Source: Bacteroidota bacterium (GTDB lineage Bacteria; Bacteroidota; Bacteroidia; UKL13-3). From it: a stretch of 64,000 nt of DNA. A model generated the notes under the pieces. The model searched no databases. It was not told the DNA's origin and worked only from the letters and a program-made list of their open reading frames with translations. The position numbers and the translations under genes were made by a program. The stretch's first letter is position 1. Each line of letters starts with the position of its first letter. Location of the stretch: contig JAUXUD010000104.1 in assembly GCA_030680835.1 (NCBI GenBank), forward strand, positions 25,051-89,050, given 5' to 3'. Below are positions 19,648 to 29,399 of the stretch, piece after piece.

Positions 19648-19802
19648 TTGTACACTGTTTAATTGTGAAAGAATTTATTTGATTTGCTTTCAGTGTAACT
19701 GAATGAAGAAGAATAGATAAGATGAATAAAGGAGTGCAAAAACACTACTCTTCCTGTACATCAAAAAAGGCAACTCATTTCTGAATTGCCTTTTAATAAA
19801 TG
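19648..19802. repeat. Intergenic cassette, copy 2 of 2
   Basis: Paralogous to 18528-18723. Contains the terminator-like hairpin ggcaactcatttctgaattgcc followed by a T-run (19763-19797). Confidence 0.7.
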
Positions 19803-20507
19803 TTACCTTAATGATTGCATTACTGCTTTTTTGGTTTGTAAATACAGCTGATAATGATCCCAAGCCCGTGAATTTTTCGGATCAAGATTGCGAACTATTC
19901 CCATTGGTAGAATTGAGATATGATAGCTTTCCTTAAAAGCCTTGTCATTACTTTGGTCAATCCAAAGCACCTCTGACTTGTTGTGGAAATTAAAGAACAG
20001 ATTGAGAGTTGCCATCATAATAAAATCAAAGTCATACTCAACTCCCAAAAACTCATATCTCATATTATTTTTACCTGCTGTAGCAAGCATAATCCGCCCA
20101 CTCCTGCAACCAACATCAAGCACTGCAATGGGCCAATGCTTTGCAATAATTTCCTTGTCGGGTTTAAGGAGTTCAATTGTTTTCAAACTCTCTTTCCATG
20201 ACAAAATTTTCTTTTCGTCATTTGTTGGAATGTGAGCTTCATAAAACTCACCCAATACATCATTGCCATTTTCACTTCCATGCCGTTCAGTAATTTCAAT
20301 CATAAGCCGGTGCAATAATTCCGGAAATATTTTTTTGATTTCCGAATCCGAATACCGGGAATAGGTTTCCATTGTCAATGGAATTGACTGATTGTGCATG
20401 AAAGCTGATAGGGTTACGATTAGATAATCACGAAATAACTGGTGAACATTACGATTTGTGGCAAATTCAAGCATTAAGCTTTCAAAGGTTTCTTTTTTAG
20501 TTGTCAT
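19803..20507 (-). CDS. Class-I SAM-methyltransferase-fold-like protein, hypothetical
   Basis: Motif-I-like VLDVGCRSGRIMLATAG. No DPPY/NPPF motif seen. Confidence 0.4.
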   Translation of the reverse strand: MTTKKETFESLMLEFATNRNVHQLFRDYLIVTLSAFMHNQSIPLTMETYSRYSDSEIKKIFPELLHRLMIEITERHGSENGNDVLGEFYEAHIPTNDEKKILSWKESLKTIELLKPDKEIIAKHWPIAVLDVGCRSGRIMLATAGKNNMRYEFLGVEYDFDFIMMATLNLFFNFHNKSEVLWIDQSNDKAFKESYHISILPMGIVRNLDPKNSRAWDHYQLYLQTKKAVMQSLR

Positions 20508-20560
20508 GGTACATATTTGGTTTTTTTAAAATTATACCAAACAGATCCATCCTTTCTCAA

Positions 20561-20597
20561 GTAACACAAAGGAGTGCTTTTGCACTCCTTTGTGTTA
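20561..20597. terminator. Perfect 17-bp-stem hairpin overlapping the stop codon of 20595-21086
   Basis: gtaacacaaaggagtgc tttt gcactcctttgtgttac. Confidence 0.5.
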
Positions 20598-21086
20598 CTC
20601 CATATTATCATGAAACATCCGGGCTATTACGATGGCTTCAAATATTTTTATATAATACGAATTATTAATCCCCTGTTCCTTTTGATATTCCCGATAAAGT
20701 TCAGGGTGCTTTTGAAGCACATATTCTACGATAACCCTTTTATTTCTCTTCTTCTCCAAAGAGCAATGTGCTTTGATGTCATTTACGGTACAAGAATGCA
20801 AAGTTATATTTTGACTATTTGCAATATCCATAATGCCAGTATTAAGCCCATGTAAGCCTTCCGAACATCGCGCCGGGTGCATAATCTTTACAGCTATATC
20901 TGTGATACATTGTTTAACAACAATGTCCTGTATTGCCGTAAGCATTTTACCCAGCTTCACTTGTGACCAACATTCATTAAACACTTTCATTCTCCACTCA
21001 ACCAATTCTTTTCCCTGTATCAATGCAAGACCCATCGTGTGAGTTCCCGGACTAATCCCGAGAATGTTTTTTCTTTGGTTTTGCAT
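20595..21086 (-). CDS. Hypothetical protein with RuvC/YqgF-like (RNase H fold) N-terminal motif
   Basis: ILGISPGTHTMGLALI resembles the RuvC GIDPG... / YqgF GLDLG... motif, but has Ser where the catalytic Asp is expected. Confidence 0.35.
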   Translation of the reverse strand: MQNQRKNILGISPGTHTMGLALIQGKELVEWRMKVFNECWSQVKLGKMLTAIQDIVVKQCITDIAVKIMHPARCSEGLHGLNTGIMDIANSQNITLHSCTVNDIKAHCSLEKKRNKRVIVEYVLQKHPELYREYQKEQGINNSYYIKIFEAIVIARMFHDNME

Positions 21087-21300
21087 TGTTATGAATGAGC
21101 CAAATATAAAAGGCAGCCCGGCTATTTGTAATTTTTTCCCGTGGGAGATTCATCACATAGTTCAGAGTTTCTCTTAAATATGATTCTGCATACTGACCAA
21201 CCAATTTCTCATGGTGTGCCAATGATCTCATATCATCCAGGGCTATAGCAATTTCATATGCTAACTGTTTTTGATGGTTTGTAATCTCCATACTTTTCAA
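21052..21300 (-). CDS. Hypothetical small protein
   Basis: 82-aa ORF overlapping the downstream gene start. Confidence 0.35.
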   Translation of the reverse strand: MKSMEITNHQKQLAYEIAIALDDMRSLAHHEKLVGQYAESYLRETLNYVMNLPREKITNSRAAFYIWLIHNNAKPKKKHSRD

Positions 21301-21371
21301 TGAACAACTGACCGTCGTTCGTTATTTATTTGATATAAATAAATCGTTATCGTCGTTTCGTTATACTTTTT

Positions 21372-21659
21372 CTACTTTTTACCCCTTGCCCTTTTATCCA
21401 TAACCACCTTCATATTAACACCAAGATCCCCTTTAATATCCTTTAGGTAATCAGAATATAATTCTTTGGCAAGCGTGGAATAAAGGATACTCAATTGAAG
21501 TAAATTTTTCGCACTGGGCATACAGATTCCCTGTTCCCAACGTGCAATCCTGTTTCTATCATGAACATCAAGTATGAATGCAACTTCACTTTGCGTATAA
21601 CCCATGATACGGCGATATTTACGAAGTCTATTTGGAATATGTCGACCTGCATGTCCCAT
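21372..21659 (-). CDS. XRE-family helix-turn-helix transcriptional regulator
   Basis: MGYTQSEVAFILDVHDRNRIARWEQGICMPSAKNLLQLSILY. Divergent from the OLD operon across a 320 bp intergenic region. Confidence 0.65.
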   Translation of the reverse strand: MGHAGRHIPNRLRKYRRIMGYTQSEVAFILDVHDRNRIARWEQGICMPSAKNLLQLSILYSTLAKELYSDYLKDIKGDLGVNMKVVMDKRARGKK

Positions 21660-21980
21660 ATATTAAAAATATCAACGAACCATAATAATAAAAAGAGAAA
21701 CAAATGAGTGACAAAAGCACACCTTTGATGAATAGCTTAAAAAGAAAAACACGACTCATGTGTTGTGTTTTTCTTTCAGACGGAGGCTGATGAGAGAGCG
21801 GCGTGGCTAGTCAGTACTCAATTTAGTATACCAAAAAGACAAAAAATGTCTAATCAGGAGGCCATAATTAACCTGCTTTATTTGCTTCAACACGCTAAAT
21901 TTGGTATGTTTGAAGTATACTTCCTTGAGCCCCCAACATGCTAGCCTAATCAAGTATGTAAATTTTGAATATTAAATGCC

Positions 21981-24233
21981 ATGAAAATAGAATTTGTAGA
22001 AATCCAAAATTTCAGAAAGCTGAATTCATGTAGGGTTAATTTTGACGAGAAAGAAACAATTTTTGTCGGTGCAAATAATAGTGGAAAAACTTCTGCTATG
22101 GACGCACTCATGTATTTCCTTAAAGATAAATCTAGGTTTACAACAAGAGATATAACTTTATCCAATTGGAAAGAGCTTAATGAAATTGGTAATTCTTGGA
22201 TTAGCGAAAGTGGATCAAGTTCCATGGATTTTCATATCAAAGAACTAACGCAATTACTACCCCATCTGGATATTTGGCTCAGTGTTGACAATTCAGAAAT
22301 TCACTACATCAGCCACATAATACCCACACTCGATTGGGCCGGTGGATTATTGGGTGTTCGGTTGAAATTTGAACCAAAGAACATTGGGGATTTATATAAG
22401 GATTTTCTTACAACATATAATGCTTCAAAAAATGCAACGACAGAGGCAGATAAAAAGGGTAAGGGTGCAAAAATACCTTTAAATCTTTGGCCTCATTCGT
22501 TATGGGATTTCCTAGAAAAAAGACTCCAAAATCATTTTGAAATTACGTGTTATATTCTTGACCCCAAAGCACTGATTGAACCTGTGGATGGCTATGCAAT
22601 GACCCAAAACATAACGCCAGGGACATTACCCTTAGATAGTAATCCATTCATTGGCTTAATAAAAATAGATATTATCAATGCACAACGTGGATTTAGTGAT
22701 ACAAATACGGACAATTCTAATTCCCCAAAAGTTGGGGGGAATCTTTCGGCTCAATTACGCGAGTACTACGCTAAACATCTTGACCCTTTTGATCAACCGG
22801 ATGATTCCGATATTGATGCACTGCAATCAATTGAAAATGCAAAAACCACATTTGATGAAAAATTGAAAATAAGTTTCGAAGCATCGTTAAGTGAATTAGA
22901 ATCGTTAAATTATCCTGGCTTCGGCGGCCCAAGCATTACTATATCAAGTAAAATTAGCGCAATTGATGGATTAAATCATGATTCCGCCATAAAATATGAC
23001 ATTTTCAAAGACAGCACATCAAGCGCCGAAAATAAACTAAGCCTGCCCGAAAAATCAAACGGATTAGGCTACCAGAACCTTATCTCCATGGTATTTAAAT
23101 TGATACGTTTTCGAGACGAGTGGATGCAAGTAGGAAAACGCCTGAAACAACAATCATCAGATGATAAAGTTGCAAAATTTGAACCATTACATTTGATATT
23201 AATAGAAGAACCAGAGGCTCATTTACATGCCCAAGTTCAACAAGTGTTTATTCGCAGAGCATACCAAGTGCTTCGCAACAACCTACTATTGGGAGATAAA
23301 AAACAATTTACAACACAACTTATCGTAAGTACGCATTCCAATCACATCGCGCATGAAATTGATTTTAATTCTTTAAGATATTTCAGACGAAAAGCTGCTG
23401 AGAAAGGAAACGTACCAACAACCACGGTCATAAATTTATCGAAAACATTTGGCAATGAAAAAGACACGACTAAATTTGCCATTCGCTATCTTAAAACAAC
23501 ACACTGTGACCTCTTCTTTGCTGATGCCGTTATTCTGATCGAAGGCCCGGCAGAACGTATGTTATTACCACATTTTATAAAGAACCACTACCCAACACTC
23601 GATACATGCTATATTTCAATATTGGAAATTGGTGGAAGTCATGCACACAAACTTAAACCGCTCATTGAGGACTTAGGTATAATAACTTTGATAATTACTG
23701 ATATAGATTCCGTAGATCCAACATTGAAACGGAAGCCAGTTCCACCAGAACGAGCTAAAGGTTTTGAAACTGGCAATTTCACTTTAAAAGACTGGCTGCC
23801 AAAAAAGGTGAATATTGATGATCTTTTTGCTTTAGACAAAAAAGATAAACACTCAACTCAATTTCCGCAACGGGTTGCCTATCAATTTCCTTTAAACACA
23901 ACCTACCAAGATGATAAAGGAGTGGACAAGATTGAAGAAGCATTTCCGTACACATTTGAAGATGCCTTGGCCTTTGAAAATTTGGGCATATTCAAAAGTC
24001 TTACTGGAAATGGAATGATTAAAAAGTTTAATGTTGCCGCAAATAAATCAAATGCAAAAGAATCTGGTAAAGCTATGTTTGAAGCGTTGGAAAGTGGTAA
24101 GAAAGCCGAATTTGCACTAGAATTATTGTATTTAGAAGAACCAAATAAATTGAAAGTTCCGGGATACATTGCAGAGGGCCTCGACTGGTTAAACGAGCAA
24201 CTAAATATCAAACTAGATGCCAACAAAATATGA
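21981..24233 (+). CDS. OLD-family ATP-dependent endonuclease (ABC-type ATPase + TOPRIM), Class-2/GajA-like
   Basis: Walker A VGANNSGKTS, Walker B/D-loop LILIEEPEAHLH, TOPRIM Glu motif AVILIEGPAERMLLPHF and DxD motif LIITDIDSVD. Confidence 0.85.
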   Translation: MKIEFVEIQNFRKLNSCRVNFDEKETIFVGANNSGKTSAMDALMYFLKDKSRFTTRDITLSNWKELNEIGNSWISESGSSSMDFHIKELTQLLPHLDIWLSVDNSEIHYISHIIPTLDWAGGLLGVRLKFEPKNIGDLYKDFLTTYNASKNATTEADKKGKGAKIPLNLWPHSLWDFLEKRLQNHFEITCYILDPKALIEPVDGYAMTQNITPGTLPLDSNPFIGLIKIDIINAQRGFSDTNTDNSNSPKVGGNLSAQLREYYAKHLDPFDQPDDSDIDALQSIENAKTTFDEKLKISFEASLSELESLNYPGFGGPSITISSKISAIDGLNHDSAIKYDIFKDSTSSAENKLSLPEKSNGLGYQNLISMVFKLIRFRDEWMQVGKRLKQQSSDDKVAKFEPLHLILIEEPEAHLHAQVQQVFIRRAYQVLRNNLLLGDKKQFTTQLIVSTHSNHIAHEIDFNSLRYFRRKAAEKGNVPTTTVINLSKTFGNEKDTTKFAIRYLKTTHCDLFFADAVILIEGPAERMLLPHFIKNHYPTLDTCYISILEIGGSHAHKLKPLIEDLGIITLIITDIDSVDPTLKRKPVPPERAKGFETGNFTLKDWLPKKVNIDDLFALDKKDKHSTQFPQRVAYQFPLNTTYQDDKGVDKIEEAFPYTFEDALAFENLGIFKSLTGNGMIKKFNVAANKSNAKESGKAMFEALESGKKAEFALELLYLEEPNKLKVPGYIAEGLDWLNEQLNIKLDANKI

Positions 24234-26137
24234 TGAATATAGACAACCCAACAGCAGATATTCAAGAAAACAATATTGACGATAACGTTGATAACGAAAT
24301 TTTTAGTTGTCTAAATATTAGCGACCCTAAAAGTTTTTTTCTCTTTGCCGGTGCAGGGTCCGGCAAAACTAGATCACTTGTTAATGTATTAAGGAAAGTA
24401 CGAGCCGAAAGCGGGTCAATCTTAACCAGGAACCGGCAAAAAATCGCGGTAATAACATATACTAATGCCGCTTGCAATGAAATCAAAAATAGACTTGATC
24501 AAGATCCACTTTTTTCGGTCTCAACTATACATAGTTTCATTTGGGAATTAATTCGAAACTATCAAGAGGATATTCGTGCATGGGTAAAAAATGATATTTC
24601 AAAAGACATTTTGGACTTACAAGATAAGCAGCAAAGAGGTCGAACTGGTAAAGCCTCAACAGATCGAGCACGGGAGATAGAAACAAAAACTTCAAAACTT
24701 GAAAATTTAAACGAAATAAGGCAGTTCACCTATAATCCAAATGGTGACAATAGAACAAGAGAATCTTTAAATCATTCCGAGGTCATTAATATTGGCGCTT
24801 ATTTTTTAACGAGTAAGCCATTAATGCAAAACATTCTGGTAAGAAAGTTCCCCATGTTGCTAATTGACGAAAGTCAAGATACTAAAAAAGAACTTATCGA
24901 TGCTTTCTTTGCCGTACAAAAGGAGAATTCAAAAATCTTTTCATTGGGACTCTTTGGAGATACAATGCAACGAATATATAGTGACGGAAAACAAAATTTA
25001 GGGCAAGAATTACCTGCTGACTGGATAAAACCGGTTAAAAAAATGAATCATCGCTCACCGAAACGCATAATTGAATTAATAAATAAAATACGATCAAGTG
25101 TCGACAACCAAGATCAATTACCAAATACCTCAAAAGTTGAGGGCATTGTTCGCCTTTTTATTGTTCCCTCCCTTTCTGAAGATAAGGCAAGCATTGAAAC
25201 AAGGATATCAAACAAAATGGCTCAAGTCACCGGTGATAAATCATGGAATGAGAGTGCCGAAATAAAGATATTAACCCTGGAACATCATATGGCCGCAAGG
25301 CGAATGGGCTTTCTTGAGCTATTTTTACCATTATATAGTTTAGACCGATTTAAGACGGGCCTTATGGATGGATCACTTCCGGGAATTCGTCTATTTACCC
25401 AAATGGTTTTACCTTTAGTAAATGCTAAGTTTTCTAATAATGAATTCGAAGTCGCACGGATAGTTAAACAGCATTCACCATTGTTTGATAAAGAAACATT
25501 TCAAAAAAGTACCGATCAAATCGAAATTATTCGAAAATCTAACGAGGGGGTTAATTCGTTAATTTCGTTGTGGAAAGAAGAAACTCCACCTACGTTGATC
25601 GAAATATTAAAAAATTTAAATGAAACCGGGTTATTTTCTATTCCTGACCAATTAAGTGCAATTGCTAAGAGGTCGAATCAAGAGCAAGAAATTGCCGAAT
25701 TCCAAATGGATAATATTGAAGGTGACGAACCCGATGAGTCAATTGATGTTTGGGACAAAGCACTATCAGCACCATTTACTCAAATAGAAGCGTATTATGA
25801 ATATATTTCAGATAAGGCAAGATTTAGCACCCATCAAGGAGTAAAGGGACTTGAATTTCACAGGATAATAGTCATTTTAGACGATGAAGAAGCTCGTGGC
25901 TTCATGTTCAGCTATGAAAAGCTGTTTGGGGCTAAAGACCAATCTGATGGCGATATAAAGAATATACAAGAAGGTAAAGAGACCAGTAATGATAGAACCC
26001 TTCGTCTTTTTTATGTAGCATGTAGTCGAGCTGAAAAAAGTTTGGCTATCATTGTCTATACAAAAAATCCTGCATTAGTCGAAAAACATGTTTTAAAAGA
26101 GGGCTGGTTTCAAAAAGAGGAAATTGAAATTATATGA
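24230..26137 (+). CDS. UvrD/PcrA/Rep-like SF1 helicase (GajB-like)
   Basis: Motif I FAGAGSGKT, Ia VITYTNAACNEI, II LLIDESQDT, III GDTMQRIYS, VI VACSRAEKSLAII. Start overlaps the OLD stop (ATGA). Confidence 0.85.
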   Translation: MMNIDNPTADIQENNIDDNVDNEIFSCLNISDPKSFFLFAGAGSGKTRSLVNVLRKVRAESGSILTRNRQKIAVITYTNAACNEIKNRLDQDPLFSVSTIHSFIWELIRNYQEDIRAWVKNDISKDILDLQDKQQRGRTGKASTDRAREIETKTSKLENLNEIRQFTYNPNGDNRTRESLNHSEVINIGAYFLTSKPLMQNILVRKFPMLLIDESQDTKKELIDAFFAVQKENSKIFSLGLFGDTMQRIYSDGKQNLGQELPADWIKPVKKMNHRSPKRIIELINKIRSSVDNQDQLPNTSKVEGIVRLFIVPSLSEDKASIETRISNKMAQVTGDKSWNESAEIKILTLEHHMAARRMGFLELFLPLYSLDRFKTGLMDGSLPGIRLFTQMVLPLVNAKFSNNEFEVARIVKQHSPLFDKETFQKSTDQIEIIRKSNEGVNSLISLWKEETPPTLIEILKNLNETGLFSIPDQLSAIAKRSNQEQEIAEFQMDNIEGDEPDESIDVWDKALSAPFTQIEAYYEYISDKARFSTHQGVKGLEFHRIIVILDDEEARGFMFSYEKLFGAKDQSDGDIKNIQEGKETSNDRTLRLFYVACSRAEKSLAIIVYTKNPALVEKHVLKEGWFQKEEIEII

Positions 26138-27384
26138 ATACCGTTCCAACAATTACATTAGACACAAACTGCATTATTAATCTTATTGATTTTACCACTA
26201 AGTCTCCAATTTCCGTGGAAGCCTTATCTGAAATAATTAGGTACGGGCTCTTAAATGTAGCGCAAATATCTATTATTACTCGCGTAGAATCTGACTTGTT
26301 AAAGGATAAAAACTCGGAACGTAAAGCTGAAATGTTACGCAAAATTAGTATGTTCCCAATTGTAGGGGCTGTAACAGACGGAGATGATCTGAAAAATGAA
26401 TTACAAAAAATATTATTTCCAGGGCTTACCGATAATGACCCACGTTTTCACAACAAAATTACCGACATAGAACACCTAGTTGGACATAAGATTAATGGCC
26501 GAGATATATTCGTGACTGATGATAAATCAATTCTTAAAAAAAGCGATATTCTTAAAAAAAGCCCTGGCATAATTGTTTTATCACCCGAAGATTGCTTAAA
26601 GTACATTGAAGAAATAGAGGATAAAAAAAGGAAAGTTGTATTGCGAAGTAAAAAGAATAATCCGGACTATGAATCGACTAAATTATCGGGAATTGTTACT
26701 TTTGATTATTCAAATAACGAACATCAATTCAATATTGGGGAGGGATATTTTCTTTTTGAAACATTGTGGAGCAAGGGTAGCAATTCTTCAATTCATTCGT
26801 ATAGGAATCCGCCGAGTATAAGTGCAATAGCCTTAGTCAAAGACAAGTCCGAAATTCAGCAAATTAAAGATGCCGTAACTTATGATTATTCTTCGCGGAG
26901 TAGAACAGTACTGAAGGGTCAAATTCTTTTATTAAAAAATAAAAATGGATTTTATGCGGCCATAAAAATTCTAAAAGTTAAAAGTGATACCCATGGTTTT
27001 GACAGAGATGAATTGACTTTCGAGTATTTTATTCAATCTGATAATACTTCAAGTTTTAACGATGCTCCAAAATCATCGGTAGAAATTAAATCGTTTGCGG
27101 CACATGTTGTACAAATAGGCGGCATTGATTCTCGCAACACAACGAAAACATGCTGGTCAACTGAAGGACAGGAATATTTTGACTTCGACGAACTAGCTTC
27201 AATAAGCTTCAATCGGGGTGGAGATATTATGGGGCTGGCACCAAAAGAAGGCTATAAAATATCTGACTGTTCAAGTCCATCTGGCAATCCTATAATAAAT
27301 GAAGAAGGATATCCACTTGGATGCAGAATTATGTTAGAAGATAAATTGAAAAACGAAATCATTATTTATTGTGAAAAAATCTAG
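26134..27384 (+). CDS. PIN-domain protein with about 260-aa uncharacterised C-terminal domain; third gene of the OLD-UvrD operon
   Basis: ITLDTNCIINLID (first PIN Asp) and IFVTDDKSILKK (C-terminal PIN Asp pair). Start overlaps the helicase stop (ATGA). Confidence 0.55.
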   Translation: MNTVPTITLDTNCIINLIDFTTKSPISVEALSEIIRYGLLNVAQISIITRVESDLLKDKNSERKAEMLRKISMFPIVGAVTDGDDLKNELQKILFPGLTDNDPRFHNKITDIEHLVGHKINGRDIFVTDDKSILKKSDILKKSPGIIVLSPEDCLKYIEEIEDKKRKVVLRSKKNNPDYESTKLSGIVTFDYSNNEHQFNIGEGYFLFETLWSKGSNSSIHSYRNPPSISAIALVKDKSEIQQIKDAVTYDYSSRSRTVLKGQILLLKNKNGFYAAIKILKVKSDTHGFDRDELTFEYFIQSDNTSSFNDAPKSSVEIKSFAAHVVQIGGIDSRNTTKTCWSTEGQEYFDFDELASISFNRGGDIMGLAPKEGYKISDCSSPSGNPIINEEGYPLGCRIMLEDKLKNEIIIYCEKI

Positions 27385-27600
27385 TAACATCACTCTTCTG
27401 CATCATGTGTCATTTTTCTAATTGTTTATTTGCACTCACAACATTCAAATTACGAATATTCCCACATGGGTGAATTTGCCGAAGTTTTGCGGTTCTATGA
27501 TTTCCATTGGCGATGAAAAGATGTATACAATGAAATTTATTTATAAGAACAGTTTAAAAGAATTTTCTTCATTCCTTTTTAATTAAACGGAACAGGCATT

Positions 27601-28194
27601 TTATATAAAAGGAGTTTGCCCCTTGTGCTGATCAATTAAACTCAGAGTTCTCAATAATTCATCAGAATAATTTGATGTGCCGATATTTCTCATGAGGGTG
27701 GTTAACACTTCATCCCGAAATAAAAGTATTTCAAAATTCTGTGGATCTAATCCAAATTCACGTCCCATATCCTCCTTCCAATTGTCAACATTTGCCTGAT
27801 CCAAAAAAGAGAGAGACCATGTGCACCAAACACGCTTGATCAAATTAAAATCCATACCAAGCGAATTATAGGTTCTTTTAATAGCATCGAGGTATGATTT
27901 TCCTTTAGCAAAATCAGTATTAGGGTTTCCGGGTCGCTTATTTTTAGGTACTCCAAAAAACTTTGCCCGCATCTCTGCACTGATGCTGTCAAAGGGTCGA
28001 ACAAATCTTAAATCGTGTGTGACGTTCACTTCAATGTGATAATATTGAGAGGCTTTATTATCTATTGTTAAAATATCAAACTGCCTATTATTGCCATCTT
28101 TAACCATCGCATCAGTTATTGTAAAATGCCCTTTTTGCCGGTAATACGATTCTACCAGCCGTTCTGTTGTATTCATAGATTGTACTTTCTTCAA
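27601..28194 (-). CDS. Hypothetical protein; possible PD-(D/E)xK-like core (QFDILTID...HIEVNV)
   Basis: 197-aa ORF convergent with the defence operon. The nuclease motif is weak. Confidence 0.4.
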   Translation of the reverse strand: MKKVQSMNTTERLVESYYRQKGHFTITDAMVKDGNNRQFDILTIDNKASQYYHIEVNVTHDLRFVRPFDSISAEMRAKFFGVPKNKRPGNPNTDFAKGKSYLDAIKRTYNSLGMDFNLIKRVWCTWSLSFLDQANVDNWKEDMGREFGLDPQNFEILLFRDEVLTTLMRNIGTSNYSDELLRTLSLIDQHKGQTPFI

Positions 28195-28435
28195 AATTAC
28201 TGAAATTGTTCATAATATATTGGCAGACAAAATAATTAAGTTGCTTAATGGTACTGATGAAAAGCGAACAGGCAGTGATGGCTGGGTCGAATTTCATAAT
28301 TTTGAAGACGATTCGGGAACCATTTATGTTCAAGGTGAAAGGATGGGAGACCACTCACTAGGTGAAGGGTAAACTTATTAGTTCACTATTTAATATTAAG
28401 ACCGAATGGTCTAATCTTACATGATTTTATAGCAA

Positions 28436-28633
28436 TTACATTGTGATCTTTATGCCTGGGAGGATTTTTTTGTTGTATTGTTCAACAAGGTCACGCTGGT
28501 CTTTATTTGATTCCCGGATTACCTTGCGAATGATCCGATTTTGTTCTCGTGCGGATGTATTTTGAAAAAAGTCATACAGACCTTTATTTGAAGAGCCCTT
28601 CGCGCTTAATATGTTATTGAGGAAAGTTTTCAT
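28436..28633 (-). CDS. Small basic protein downstream of the zeta-toxin-like gene
   Basis: 65-aa ORF 6 nt from the zeta gene. Confidence 0.3.
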   Translation of the reverse strand: MKTFLNNILSAKGSSNKGLYDFFQNTSAREQNRIIRKVIRESNKDQRDLVEQYNKKILPGIKITM

Positions 28634-28639
28634 AATAAT

Positions 28640-29350
28640 TTATTGTAACAAATCTTGTAATACCAATTCAGTATACTCTATTTTTAGATGCAAATCAACC
28701 TGATCTATATCCAGCCATATGTGCTCAATATCATTTTCAAAATTTTTAACTATCAAGTTTACTTGAATCAGGTTTTTAAATGTGCTTTTAAGCCTATTCA
28801 CATTTTCTTTTGATTTAAAGAAAGACTTAATGAAAAACTCCTTGGGAATACATCTATTTTCAATTGCTTCACGCTTTTTGGTGAAGTCCCAAGCCAATAT
28901 TGGTTCTTGATAAATGTAGTAGATTTTAACAAGCCTGTTATGGTTTAAGGATCGCTGTATATTCGTTACTGCTTTTTCATAATCTATGAGAGTGCCATCA
29001 AGAATAAGATCCTGGTTGTTGTGCAAAGCGTAATCATATACCTTTTCAACTCCTAAGGCAGCGGCACGTTGCATCAAGGTAGCATTTCTATCGTACTGAG
29101 GAAGCATGTCCCGAATTTCATCAGGATCAATACGCACAATGGGCTTTCCTAAATCTTTGATAAATCGCTTAGAAAATTCAGTTTTACCGGCACCAGGAGA
29201 ACCGGCCATAAAAATTGAAACCGGCTTATTGACAGACGAAAATTTCTCAATATCAGCAAAGTGCCTTTGAATAATCCTAGCATGTTCTTTTATAAACAAA
29301 ATTGCAGCCTGTTCGACTTTTAAATCCTGTTCAGATAAATTCTTATCCAT
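28640..29350 (-). CDS. Zeta-toxin-family P-loop kinase
   Basis: Walker A FMAGSPGAGKTEF followed by RIDPDEIRDMLPQY, which resembles the zeta/PezT ...IDxDxFRxxHP region. Confidence 0.65.
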   Translation of the reverse strand: MDKNLSEQDLKVEQAAILFIKEHARIIQRHFADIEKFSSVNKPVSIFMAGSPGAGKTEFSKRFIKDLGKPIVRIDPDEIRDMLPQYDRNATLMQRAAALGVEKVYDYALHNNQDLILDGTLIDYEKAVTNIQRSLNHNRLVKIYYIYQEPILAWDFTKKREAIENRCIPKEFFIKSFFKSKENVNRLKSTFKNLIQVNLIVKNFENDIEHIWLDIDQVDLHLKIEYTELVLQDLLQ

Positions 29351-29399
29351 GAAGATATTATATCAGATCGAGCTAGGGATTTGTAGCTCTTTACTATCT

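Noticed and set aside
22678-24486. Several small ORFs (22678-22866 +, 23639-23839 -, 23903-24265 -, 24262-24486 -)
   Set aside because: Embedded in or antisense to the OLD and helicase genes, which have strong motif support.
21981-26137. Labelling the OLD-UvrD pair simply as canonical Gabija (gajA/gajB)
   Set aside because: The OLD protein is considerably larger than typical GajA, and a third translationally coupled gene is present. Class assignment needs profile and phylogenetic analysis, so gene symbols are withheld.
28112-28354. 80-aa minus-strand ORF
   Set aside because: Overlaps the 5' end of 27601-28194 and the intergenic region. No support.
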